Shown here: piece by piece, positions 31,018-43,019 of the stretch
Numbering within the stretch: position 1 is the first letter of the stretch
Layout: the number at the start of each line of letters is the position of its first letter
Made by a program: the position numbers and the translations under genes
Assembly: GCF_009914755.1 (NCBI RefSeq)
Contig: NC_060930.1
Length of the DNA stretch: 64,000 nucleotides
From: the human T2T-CHM13v2.0 reference genome, Homo sapiens
Reading direction: 5' to 3' (one strand)
The notes under the pieces: model-generated
The model's database searches: none
Seen by the model: the letters and a program-made list of their open reading frames with translations, nothing else
What the model was told of the DNA's origin: nothing

Positions 31018-33717
31018 TAATTGAATTATTTTGCTTCCTATTGAGTTATAAGGGTTCCTTGTCAGATGTATGTACTGGGGATATTTTCTCCCAGTCTGTT
31101 GCTTACTTTATTATTTACATAATTTTGTCTTTCAAAGAGCAGAAGTTTATAATTTTAATTGGTTCAATTTATCAATTGTTTTCTTTTATGGCTAGTATTT
31201 AAGGTTTCTAAAAAAATTTTGCCTGTAACATAATCAGAAATTTTCTCCTATGCTTTCTTCAAAAAGTTTTAGATTTTAGCTTTTAGTTAAGGTACATAAC
31301 CTATTTCATATTCATGTTTATGTATGATGGGAGTGGAGGATTGAAGTTTTTTTAATGTGGCTATTCATTTGTCCCAGCATGATTGTTGAACACTATTGTT
31401 CTTGCATTTCGTTACTTAGCGTCTGTATTGAAAATCAATTCACTGCTGATGTGTGAATCAATGTCTAGATTCTCCATTCTGTTCCAATGATCCATGTATC
31501 TACACCGTATACCAGTACTAACCTGTCTTAATCAGTTTGTATTCCTTATTTTAAATCTTAAAAGCAGCATATGTTCTTCAACTTCCTTTTTTTCTTTTTT
31601 TCAAAATTGTTTTGGCTCTTTCAGGTCCTTTCCGTGATTAATTTTAGAATCAGCTTGTCAATTATATATTTTTTAAAGTACTAAAATTTGGACTTGGATT
31701 GTGTAGAGCCTGTAGATTAAACTGAGAATTTATGTCTTACTATTATTGAATCTCCCAATTCATGATCATGATATATCCTCTATTTATTTAGGGTTTTAAT
31801 TTCTCTCAGCATTGTTTAGTATATTTCAGTAAAGAGTTCCTAAACACATATTCTTAAATGTATCCCTAAGTATTCCATGTATTCTAGATGATGTTGTAAA
31901 TATAAATATTTTATATTTGAATTTTCCAATTTAACTGTTAATAGTTTATTTTTTATTACTGCTCTTATAGCCAGAGGCCTTGAAATATTCAATTAGTCCA
32001 AAAGTTTTTGTACATTTTTTAGAATTTAATATATATATAATTATAACATCTGTAAATTTAGAGAATTTTACTTCTTCCTTTACAATCTATATACATTGTA
32101 CTTTTCTTGAATTTTTACAATGGCTTCCAGAACAAACTTTAATGAAAATGACGAGAGCATATATCTTTATTTTGTTATCCATTTCAAGGAGAAAGTTTTA
32201 AGTTTCTCACAATTAAACATGTTAGCTCCATGTTTTTCAAAGATGTATTTTATCAAATTAAGTACCCATTTATAAATTCTGAAAATATTATAAATCAGTG
32301 TAAATTTTGTAAAATACTTTATATGACTTTAATAACATTTTATTTTCTTATTCCTGTTTTAATATAGTGAATTACATTGATTATTTTTTAAATGTTGAAC
32401 AAACTTTTCATTCCAAGAATAAACACAATTTGGTCATAATGCATTGCCTTCTTTATGTATTCAATTCGTATTCAATTTGCCAATGTACACTTGAGGAATT
32501 TTGTGTCTGTGTTCATAAGAGATATTGGTATACAATTTTCATGTGATGGTTTTATTTAGTTTTGAATCATGGTAACACTGTACTCATACAATAACTTCAC
32601 TCAATGTCTTCATACAGTGACCCTACTTTTATTCCTGATACTAGTAATTACTATCTTTTATTTTGAATTGATTCATGTATCTCAAAGGTTATCAATTTCA
32701 CTGAACGTTTCAAATAATCAGTTTGGAGTTTAATTTATTCTTACCTGTTTTTCAAACATTTGCTATTTCAATGATTTTTGCTTTTTAGCCTTTCCTTTCC
32801 TTATTAACTTTGGATTTAATTTTTTTTCTATTTCTGTCCTCTCAAGGAGAAAGCTTAGATCATTGATTTTTAGAGCTTTTGTTCTCTAATATAAAAATAT
32901 AAATTTCCCTTTAAACAATGCTTTAGATTTATACTACAAATTGTATATTGTTATTTAATTTTTATTCAGTTCTAAATATTCTCTCATTGCCCAATTCTTC
33001 TTTTACCTATAGCCAAAGTTTCAAGGGGACACCTATGCAAGACCTTGAAATAATTTATTTTCATAGCTTTCTTCTGTATAGTACTCTGCTCTGCAGATTT
33101 TGACTGTTTCATCATCTCCAAAACCCAGTCTCTGTCTCACCGAAGCCAGGCCACCATGTCCTGCTTGGCTTTCTTTTCTGCACTATAATATGGAATAATG
33201 CCTCCAGGCAGGCAGCAAGCATGGCCCAAGGGTTTATCTCATTTACTTTTCTTTTATCAAAGATCACAGTCTTGTCTTGCCTGGTTTCCAATGTCAGGAA
33301 ATATTTATGTCATATATTCAGTCCAAATTTCCAATTACTCCATCATGGCTAGAAGAAGAATTCTGGCTATAATTTTGCTGAACATTTGACATTGACTAGA
33401 AAAGTAATAGTTACGCCAAGAAACAAAAAAAAAATGATCCAAAACCAAAGTAAAAGACAATGGAAACAAAAGTATCTGTGGTTGAAATACTGGAGATTGC
33501 AGACAAGGGCTTTGAAACAGCTATAATTTGTTTGTTCAGATAATTTATAAAAAAAAAATTTACTAATTATATAAATATATTAAGAGTCTTAGAGCTGGAA
33601 TATGACAAATAAAATTAACATTAGACATGAATTTAATACTGTTTAGCAGAAAAACATACAAGAACATAGGGATTATGCTATATATATATATATGCTATAT
33701 GTGAACCGGAAGAGAGT

Positions 33718-34268
33718 TGTATTAGTTTTCTATTAATGCAAGTTTACAGAAATTATTATTGTGGTAATTATTACAAATTGCCACAAACTTTAGAGTCAAA
33801 ACAACACACATTTTTAATCTCTCAGTCTCCATAGGTGCAGAATTTGGACATAGTTTAGTTGAGTCTGCTCAAGGCTCACCAAGGCTGCAAGCCAGGTGAC
33901 AGCTGGCAGGTTGTGGTATTATCCAAGGCTTGACTGGGGAAAGGTCTGCCTCTCAACTCCCTCTGGGCTGTTGGCAGAATTCATATCCTTGCAAATGTGG
34001 GCTGAAGTTCCTGTTTTCTTGCTGGCTGTCATTCAGCAGCACTCTCAGCTCCTAGAGGCCATCTTTTTCAAAACCGACAAAGAGACTCTCTCACTCAGTT
34101 CTGCTAAGACAGTCCTACATAACAAAATCTAATCCAAGGAGTAACTTTCTATCACCTTTGCCATATTTGATTGGCTAGGAGCAATCACAGGTTCTACCCA
34201 CAGTCAAGGGCAGGGATGACAAGTTAGAGTGACTTATTGGAGGGTGACCCTAGGATATGTCTGCCACA
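33718..34268 (-). mobile_element. MaLR LTR, MLT1D/E-like
   Basis: tgtattagttttcta...acaaattgccacaaac...aaacaacacacattt...ctcaccaaggctgcaa...ctgccaca. Confidence 0.75.
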
Positions 34269-34269
34269 A

Positions 34270-35770
34270 GAGTCATAAAATATCCAATTAAAACCAGAAA
34301 ATTTAAGACAGATAGATAAGTAGATAGGAAGAGAGATAGATGATAGATAGCTAGAGAAATAGAGAGATGGATGATAGACTATAAATATAGATATAGATAT
34401 ATATTAGAAAGCATAGATGTCATTATAGAAGACATGAGCAACACAGGAAAAACATGTATGTTAAATTGAAGAGGTAAACGGGAGAAATATTTGAAAAAAC
34501 ACTAGTTGACAAAATTTCAAAAAAAAACCTAAAAGCATCACATCACTTCTTCAAAATCTTTATAAACCCTAAGCAGGAAAGATATGAAGGGAACCACACC
34601 CAGGCACTTTATACTCAGGCCAAAGGAAAACAAAAGAAAGAAAAAAAATTTAGAACACAATCAGAAATAAAGGAAACATTTCCTTCAAAGGAGTAATTAT
34701 CAGACACCGAAGAGCTTTCTCACATAAAACCGTGAAAGCCAGAAGACAGTGAAATAGCATCTTTAAAGTGCTGTAATAAAATTTTGCCAAATGAGAATTT
34801 GATACCAGCAAATAACATATATATATTATATACATATATACATATATAATACATATAATATATACATATATACATATATATGAATGAGATATATATAGCT
34901 CCTTTAAAAGAGATGAGATGTAAAAGATAAAACTGACAAAGTTTATAGAATAAATCACAAAAAAGCAGCCATGTTTTGGGGAATAGGCAAAGATTTCTGA
35001 AACAGACCTACAAAGTGCTAATCATAAATAAAAGGACTGATGATTGGATTACATTAAAATGAAGACTTCTGTTCATCACAAGATACCATTAATGAGTGAC
35101 AATCCAAGGCATGGAATGGAGGAAGGTATTTTCAACACATTTACTTAACTAACATTTATACCCAATGTATAAAAAACTTCCAAGCCAATTTTAAAAGGCA
35201 GGCAAATCAATTTTTTTTAAAGTAAGCAAAGGATTTGAATAGGCACTTCATTCAAGAGGATATAAGATTGGCCAATAAATGTAAGAAAATATCGTTCCCA
35301 TCGTAAGTGTTGAGAAAATAAAAATTAAAACCACAATGTGATACCACTGCATATACTCATCAGAATCCTTGAATAGCTCAAGTCAGATGCACTTATACAA
35401 CGAAATATTACATGTCAATCAAAATGAGAAATATACAACTAAGGACAACAACCTGGATACCTCTCACAGACTCAATATTGAGCACAAGAAGCTAAACAGA
35501 AAAGAATATAAATGAGTCCACTTACATAAACTTAAAAAGCAGGCAAAACTAATCCACAAAAAAGTCAGATTAGAAATGACATATGGGAGAGGGTGGTATT
35601 AATTGGGTACTAGAATGGGGATGATTTCTGGGACCCTGGTCTCGTTCTACACTCTAATCTAGATGTTTGTTATGTATACACATGCAAAATTTAATCAAGC
35701 TGTACATCAAATATTTGTTTATACTATATCTGTTATATTCAATGAAAATGGCAACAAAAAGCAAAATTAA
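34270..35770 (+). mobile_element. Old L1M fragments (ORF1/ORF2/3' end) with embedded (GATA)n and (TA)n tracts
   Basis: aaagccagaagacagtgaaatagcatctttaaagtgctg; ttggattacattaaaatgaagacttctgttcatc; aaaattaaaaccacaatgtgatacc. Confidence 0.7.
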
Positions 35771-36064
35771 ACAATAGAAAATCCCCTTTTTCACATACTG
35801 TAATATAACACTGGCCTGCAACAGGAGAAGATGAAAAGAAGTAAAATGAATTTGGTAAACACACATTTATTTTCTCTGTGAAGATAAAATGAAGGAAAAA
35901 CATTGCAATAAGAGAAGAGAATGCGATGAGAGTAATTTGAAAAATATTTTAAATTACTTATGAATACCATCTATTATCACTATTATCACAATGTGAACAT
36001 TATTTCTATTAGAAAGATTCTTCATCCTCCTAAGCACCAGCTGTCTAAATTTGCTGAAACTAAT

Positions 36065-36270
36065 ATTGATATATTGAGTGCTTAGGATAAGTCAGAGTCT
36101 GTAATAATCATTTTCAATGCATTACCCCAATTTACACTCTCAACAAGCCTATAAAGTGGGTGCATGTACTATTATTAGTGTCATTTTATACATGAGAAAA
36201 CTGAAGTTTAAATAGGCTTAGTAACGTGAACAAAGTCATGCACGAATGTGTGGCAGGACTAGTTGCTTAG
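36065..36270 (-). mobile_element. MIR
   Basis: cattttatacatgagaaaactgaagtttaaataggcttagtaacgtgaacaaagtcat. Confidence 0.75.
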
Positions 36271-36519
36271 AGCAGTGCCTGTCATATTGAAGGCACTCAA
36301 TGGATAGTTGCCGAAAAAAATGAAAAAGGGTTCTAACCCTCTTAATCTATGCCCTATATTTATAACAAACCATCCTGCCTCTCAAATGGAAACCTAAAAT
36401 ATAATGCAAAATTAGCCCAAACTTCAAGATGTAGGTGATCATTAGATAGCTCATTATGTATTAATATAGTATTTGTTAGTATATTCATCTTAGTAACTGT
36501 TTTGATACCACTATCTCTT

Positions 36520-36830
36520 GACTCATTCATTCAGCAACCATTTATTCAGCATCTGCCATGTACCAGGGTTCTGGGGGCAAGAAAAACTTCCTCCCCTCCT
36601 GGAGCAAACAATTTGGAGAGGGAAGACAAATAAGTCAGATAAGTTTAGAGAGTGATACACGCTATTAGGAGAGTAAAGAGACTACATGCCTACTTTAATA
36701 AAGATGTTCAGGGTAAATCTCTCCAAAGAGGCAACCTAAATGACAAAACAGAGGCCAGCCAAGCAAAGACCTGGAGAAAGTACATCCCATGAAGGGAGGC
36801 AGTAAGCAAAAGGGCTCCAGGCCCACTGGG
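36520..36830 (-). mobile_element. L2 3' fragment
   Basis: actcattcattcagcaaccatttattcagcatctgccatgtaccagg. Confidence 0.7.
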
Positions 36831-37139
36831 TAAGTTTAAGGGACTCCACATTGGTGAGCAAAGGTGCCCTTTAACATCCACATTTTTAAAATGTTTTCTT
36901 GAATTGTACTTATAATACTGCCTGTGCATGCTCTGCATTGAAAGTCAAGTGGGAATCTTACTAGCAATTCTCAGGCTCTGCTACATAAGCAGCAATTTCT
37001 CTCTGCCCCTCAATTTGCATACTGAACTTAGAAAAGGAAAGCCCTGATATCTACTGGACCCACTGGTCCTAGAATACGTTTAGTGAGCACCTATTTGAGC
37101 ATGCCTCTTGTGGTGTATCTTTAACTACGATCCCTGAGG

Positions 37140-37292
37140 CTGATTTTCAAACTTCTATCTGGTCCCTGGTATGTTGTTAAAATGCAATTCTGGTTCAGGT
37201 GGGCTGGGCAGGACCTGGGATTCTGCATTTCTGACACACTCGCAGGGGATGCCTGTGCCCGCTGGTCCTTAAACCACACGTGGAGTAACAAG
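37140..37292. mobile_element. MER5A-like hAT-Charlie MITE
   Basis: ttgttaaaatgcaattctgg...gggattctgcatttctgaca...gctggtcc...accacac...gagtaacaag. Confidence 0.75.
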
Positions 37293-39879
37293 ATCTTGGA
37301 AGACTTCGGATAAATACTATCTCTATCTTCCAGTGATATTTAAAAGCCTGTAGATTCTCACTGCCTGTCAGAATGGGACCCTGGGCAATGGCACAGATGG
37401 TCTGCTTCTTAATCTGGCTCTGGTTGTGATAATTAACTTAAATAGCATATGTGAAAAGACTTTACACATATTAAGTGCACAATTAATATTATTTGTATGT
37501 AGTGAAAAGTCAACAGCCTCAAATAAAAACTGAATTACTGATGATGGCACTATTAAAATTATGCCTTAGTGAAATAAGTTTTTAAATACAGTGGACTTCT
37601 CATGTCTTTATGTACAAAATGGGATCAGTTAACATATGGCACACTTTTTCTGTGTTCAGCATTGTGTTAAACACTGGGAGAATAGCAATAGTTATACAGA
37701 AGAGTCTCTGCCCTCAAGGATCTCCAATACAGTTGAAAGAGTGAAAAAAAAAATCATTAAAGAGAGAACATAATTAGCTGCTGATTAATATGACAGCAAC
37801 AGCACGTTATTACTATGGGAGATCAGAGGCAAGCCAGATTAGTGAGGTCTGGTGTTGACTTCCTGTTCTATATCCCACTATGAGCAAGCCTGATGAGGGT
37901 AAGGAGACCACTCTAAGCCACAGGCCACCTTGATTTCTCCATTCCCAGGCCAATTCACAAGGTCCAAGAAGGACGAGCTTTCATCTTTTCCCAGTGTGGT
38001 GTTTCCTGATTGCAGCAATGTCTGGGGAATAGATGAGACAATGTGAGACCATGTAGACATACAACTACATGCTGTATTCACCATATAGACCTGTCAAAGC
38101 ACAATGGAAAAAGCGATAGGGCTGCAGGTCTTCAGAAGTTCTCAAATACACATGCTTGGGGTGGGGGTGTGTGTGTATACATACATATATCACACATACT
38201 TTGATATACTTTGAGATTCCTTATATTTTTATCTTTTGTACCCTTCCTGCCTCCAGCCAAGTTCCACTCAGAATTGATCTTGGGGCATGTCCAGTGTTTC
38301 ATATACCAGGTTTTTAATTATTTTTTTTAAAAGAGGTTTGATAGCCAAATCTACTATATTTGCATATCTATAGTCATTATCTGATGATTATCCAAATACT
38401 AATTGATTTCCTTCCAAGTGCAGGTAAACTATAATACAGTCAGACCTGTAAAACATCTGACATTTACTTTCCATTTATTGGTTGGTGTAAATTTGCATTT
38501 CTAATATTCCTTCACTTTTATGGGGTGTGGGAGGGTGTGTGTCTGCACATTTCCTCTTCAGATTTTTAAAAATAAGTCTACCTATTTCTAAAATACAATT
38601 TGGGCATGAATGCAATCACATATTTTGTCAACAATGTTACTGCTCATTATTTTACTTTCCAACACCTGGAATAGTAAATAAAGGCCCCATAAAAGAGATT
38701 GATCTTAAACCGAACCTTACAAAACAGACCAGACTTTCAGAGGGACAACTTTGGGGACAGAGATGTGAGAAGCTTCCATGTAAGTAAAATAGCAGGAGTG
38801 CTCGGTCAGAAAAGGACATTTAACTAAATCTGATAGTGAAAGTTGAGATGAAATAAAGAATAAGATTTAACAGAACCAGCAAAGCCATATAGGGGAAGAT
38901 CTTAATTGCTAGGCAACCATAGGACTTAAAAAGCAGGGAAAAAAATATCCTGAGTGTTAGATTTCAGAGAATGACATGAAATAAACAATGGGTATAAAAA
39001 AGGAAACCTGAATTTTTGGAAACTTGAATGTATTGGGATTATATAGGCATAAAGGAACTTGGACCCAGAGTAGAGTTGAAACTAACTAGAGGGACAATGA
39101 AGAGGATGAAAATGAATTGTTGTGCCTTCTTATCTATTTCATAGAGTATGCAAAGAGCCACATGGATGACACATGCCACTTGAGAATATCCAGAAATTTC
39201 ATGGATACTTCCTGGATACCTTATTTTCTACCATTCCAGAGTAGAATAAATCAAATTTACTTTCAAATTCAGAAAATACTTACCATTGCTTAAGTCTTCA
39301 ACAGACAACCCTTGAGCGTGCTCGTGCTTTTGGGACTGAAATATCATAGATATCTCAGATTGCCAGATTCTTTGAAGCACTAGAAGCAAACACTTGACCA
39401 CAATGTATTCTCAGCACCTTTTGACTATACAAGCTTCCACATCTCATTTCTGGGAAGGCTGTACAGGAATCTTGACTTTTCGTGCGTATGTACTATGTTT
39501 GAATATAAGAGATTCGTGGTTTCACAAAGTCTGCAGAAATGTGTTTCCACCTCACCTTTTACTTGCCAGAGGCAAATGGTGAATATAATAGATTCTTGGA
39601 CTAACGTAATTTGGAACAGCATCTAGAAAATCTAATCTTCTTCCTATCCCTTTCTATCCATCACCTGGACTCAGTTATACTCTCTTCTAGGGCATGGCAT
39701 CTAAGAGCTTTCAGAATCAGTGTTCTGCCTAATCTTCTGAATTCTAAACCCTTACCATTTCTTGCCTTAAAATTTTCATATAACAATAAAAAATGCATGA
39801 GTGCATGTGTTCATGGTGTTAAATGACTGAGTGCCTGTGTTCGCCGTGATTACTAAAGTCATTACCACTGTAAACCTCT

Positions 39880-40335
39880 TGTAATTCACCACATATTCTT
39901 ACAGACTCTCTCTTCCATACGTTCTATCCTGATCACTCATTTACTTGTAATTCTTTTCCTGTTGCCTTCTCCCATTCCTATTGAACAATTCATTTCTAAG
40001 ATAAAAGATACTCCTAATTGTGCATCTATTTTTTATTTCTCTAATATCTAATGATCAATTCATCCTTAGGATTCATCTTAGCCCTTACCTCTCCTGACTT
40101 ATGCTAGTATATTCCAGTCTGTAATGAGATGTTGCTGTCTTACATCTGTGCCTTCATGCTTTACACATATCTCCATAAAAACATGTAGACATAATGTATT
40201 GCAATTATCTTTTTGTAAGTCTCCTTCACTGTAGATGCCTTAAGGGAGAAGACTCTTTATATTTCCAGCAGTTAATAGAGTGGCTAGGAAAAAGGCAGTG
40301 CTCAATAAATATTTGCTGATTAAATGACTGAGTGC
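39880..40335 (+). mobile_element. L2 3' fragment
   Basis: Ends gtgctcaataaatatttgctgattaaatgactgagtg, the L2 3' terminus. Confidence 0.7.
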
Positions 40336-40669
40336 ATATGTTCATTGTGATTACTAAAATCATTACCACTGTAAATATGAACAGCAATTTCATCTAGCCT
40401 CTTGAGTCAAAATTTGGAACTCCAGTTTCATAGTGAAATTTACTTCCTATAACATCTTGAAATACAAAATGAAAACTTAGCAGAAGCTCCATCTTCAGGA
40501 GTCTTGGAAACAACTATGTAGGACAGGTTGATGAAACAGGAGTTTTCTCAGGAAATTTTCCAATGATCTATGAACAAACATCAGTCTCCAAAAACCATCT
40601 CAGAAAAACGAGGAACTCTGGATAGATAGTTGAGTACAGTTACAGCATACATTTCTAAAGATTCCAGAA

Positions 40670-40922
40670 AGGCAGAGTAGTATAGTGGTTAAAAGTATAC
40701 ACCCTTGTGATCAGAATGCCTTGATTATAATTCCCATTCTCACTATTATTAGCTTAATATAACTCATAACCAAGTGACTTAGCTTTTCTCTGTCTCAGCT
40801 TTCCCCTCTCTAAAATGGGGGTAATAAAAGTTCCTAATCCCAGGACTGTTATTGATGTGATGTGTTAATACCTATTCATACCACTTATTAATAGAACGTT
40901 ATCTGCCCAACAGTAATCATTC
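40670..40922 (+). mobile_element. MIR, near full length
   Basis: aggcagagtagtatagtggttaaaag...caagtgacttagcttttctctgtctcagctttccc...taaaatggggg. Confidence 0.8.
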
Positions 40923-41381
40923 AGGCCATTTTGGGGAAAGAGATAGTGGTAGTGCTAACAGCATTCCCCTTCTTCATGTGGAAAAAGTATTTTAAAAACA
41001 CAGCAACTTAGGAAACCAGAATATGCCTGAGGATCCAGGTTCAAGAAAGAAGGTAAATTCATTGACATTCTATTATTTTAAGATCCTTGAGACTACATTT
41101 TGACAGATTATTTAGGTTCACTGTGTATTTAGTATCTTGTTATAGGTAAGTGTTAAGAGAGAAGCAAGCTGTGCACATAATAGGAGTATATTTTAATGCA
41201 TCTGCAGGGTATGAAATACAGCAAAAATATACAAATACAGTCCTCAATACTATGACTCATTTTCAAAGTTTGTTATCAGAAGAATATAAATTTTATGAAT
41301 TGACAATCTCTAATAAACAGAACATAGTAATAAGTTATAAATGAGCTATCTGAAACAACTGTATTGTATTAGCAGAGGTGA

Positions 41382-41750
<369 letters not shown>

Positions 41751-42599
41751 CAAGATTTGCCTCTTTACTGTTTTCTCCATTTCACTGAAAGCCTATTCGC
41801 CACCTGGCTTTGGTGTGCTGAAAACTGTTTATAATCACCCAGGCATTTCCCAGATATGCCATTTCCCCTCCTCTCTACCTGAAACACAGACAGTTCAAGT
41901 CTGGGACCACACTAATTTTGCTAAATTCTTCTATCAAATGTTGATCTCTCTGAGGGCAAAGTTTCTAGTTCTATTTTTCTTGTATTTCCAATGACTATAA
42001 AGATTTTGTAAAGATGTTTAATTTATTTTTACTTAAGCTTTCCCAATGAGAACTACATTTTACCCAACTTTTATAAATTTAAATTGATTTGGTTTAGTTT
42101 CATGATGCTATTATAAAATGTTTTCTAAATTTTATATATGTATAAAATATATGTATACATTATATATGTATATATTTTATATGTAATACATGCATGTATT
42201 ACATATATACAACATATATTAACTTTTGTGCTATAAATTATAGTCTCTGCCCTTGAGACAGTTAAATAATTGGGGAAAGAGAACATAAGCCAAAACAATT
42301 TTAGATGTTTACATAAAATTTTTAATTGCATGGCAATCGCTTAGTGAGTCACTGATTCATCTGATAAAATTCAGAAAATGTTTAACATTCGCCAGATCTG
42401 AGAGTTTTACTCTCAGATGACAAGCAGGATTCCTTTTTTCATGGAACTTGTGGCCTAATGAGAGAGAAAAATAATAAAATAAGAAATTACAATAAAACAC
42501 AAAACACTGCACAATAGGGTAAGTATCTCCTAGTATCTGCTAACAGGACCTGTAGAAGGTTCAACTAATCAAGTCTGTAGGTCCAAGGGAAAACCCTGT

Positions 42600-42970
42600 T
42601 CAGTTAAGATTATGTTTGCTGCAAGTAACAGAGATCTAAAATAATAGTAATGTAAACAATGTAAAAACGCATTGCTGGCTTATGCAAACATCTGCAGGCA
42701 GGCAGTTGTGCAGCAAGGCTCTGAATCCACTCGGGAGCTGGGCTGTCTTATCTTGCTGCTACACCCTTCTTAGCATGCTATCTCAAGAGCCAAGATGACT
42801 GCTAAGGTTACAGCAAACATTTCCACACTCCAAACAATGGGAAGGATGAAGGAAATAGGTGGTGCTTTCTAGGAGTCACACAACACTCCCAGTTACCTCC
42901 TATTGGGCATTAACAAGACCCTCACCCAGCTCCAAGAGAGGCTTAATTTTTTCAGTTTTGACCAGTTAAA
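42600..42970 (-). mobile_element. Old MaLR LTR (MLT1J/K-like)
   Basis: gtttgctgcaagtaacagaga...ccaagatgactgc...cattgggc-like motifs. Confidence 0.55.
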
Positions 42971-43019
42971 AATAGGGTTTCTATCACAAAACTATAGTGT
43001 AAGAAAATATGAATTAAAT

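Noticed and set aside
39791-40375. Spaced direct repeats as a CRISPR-like array
   Set aside because: Only two full copies, an ~445-bp L2-derived spacer, no cas genes, and eukaryotic DNA
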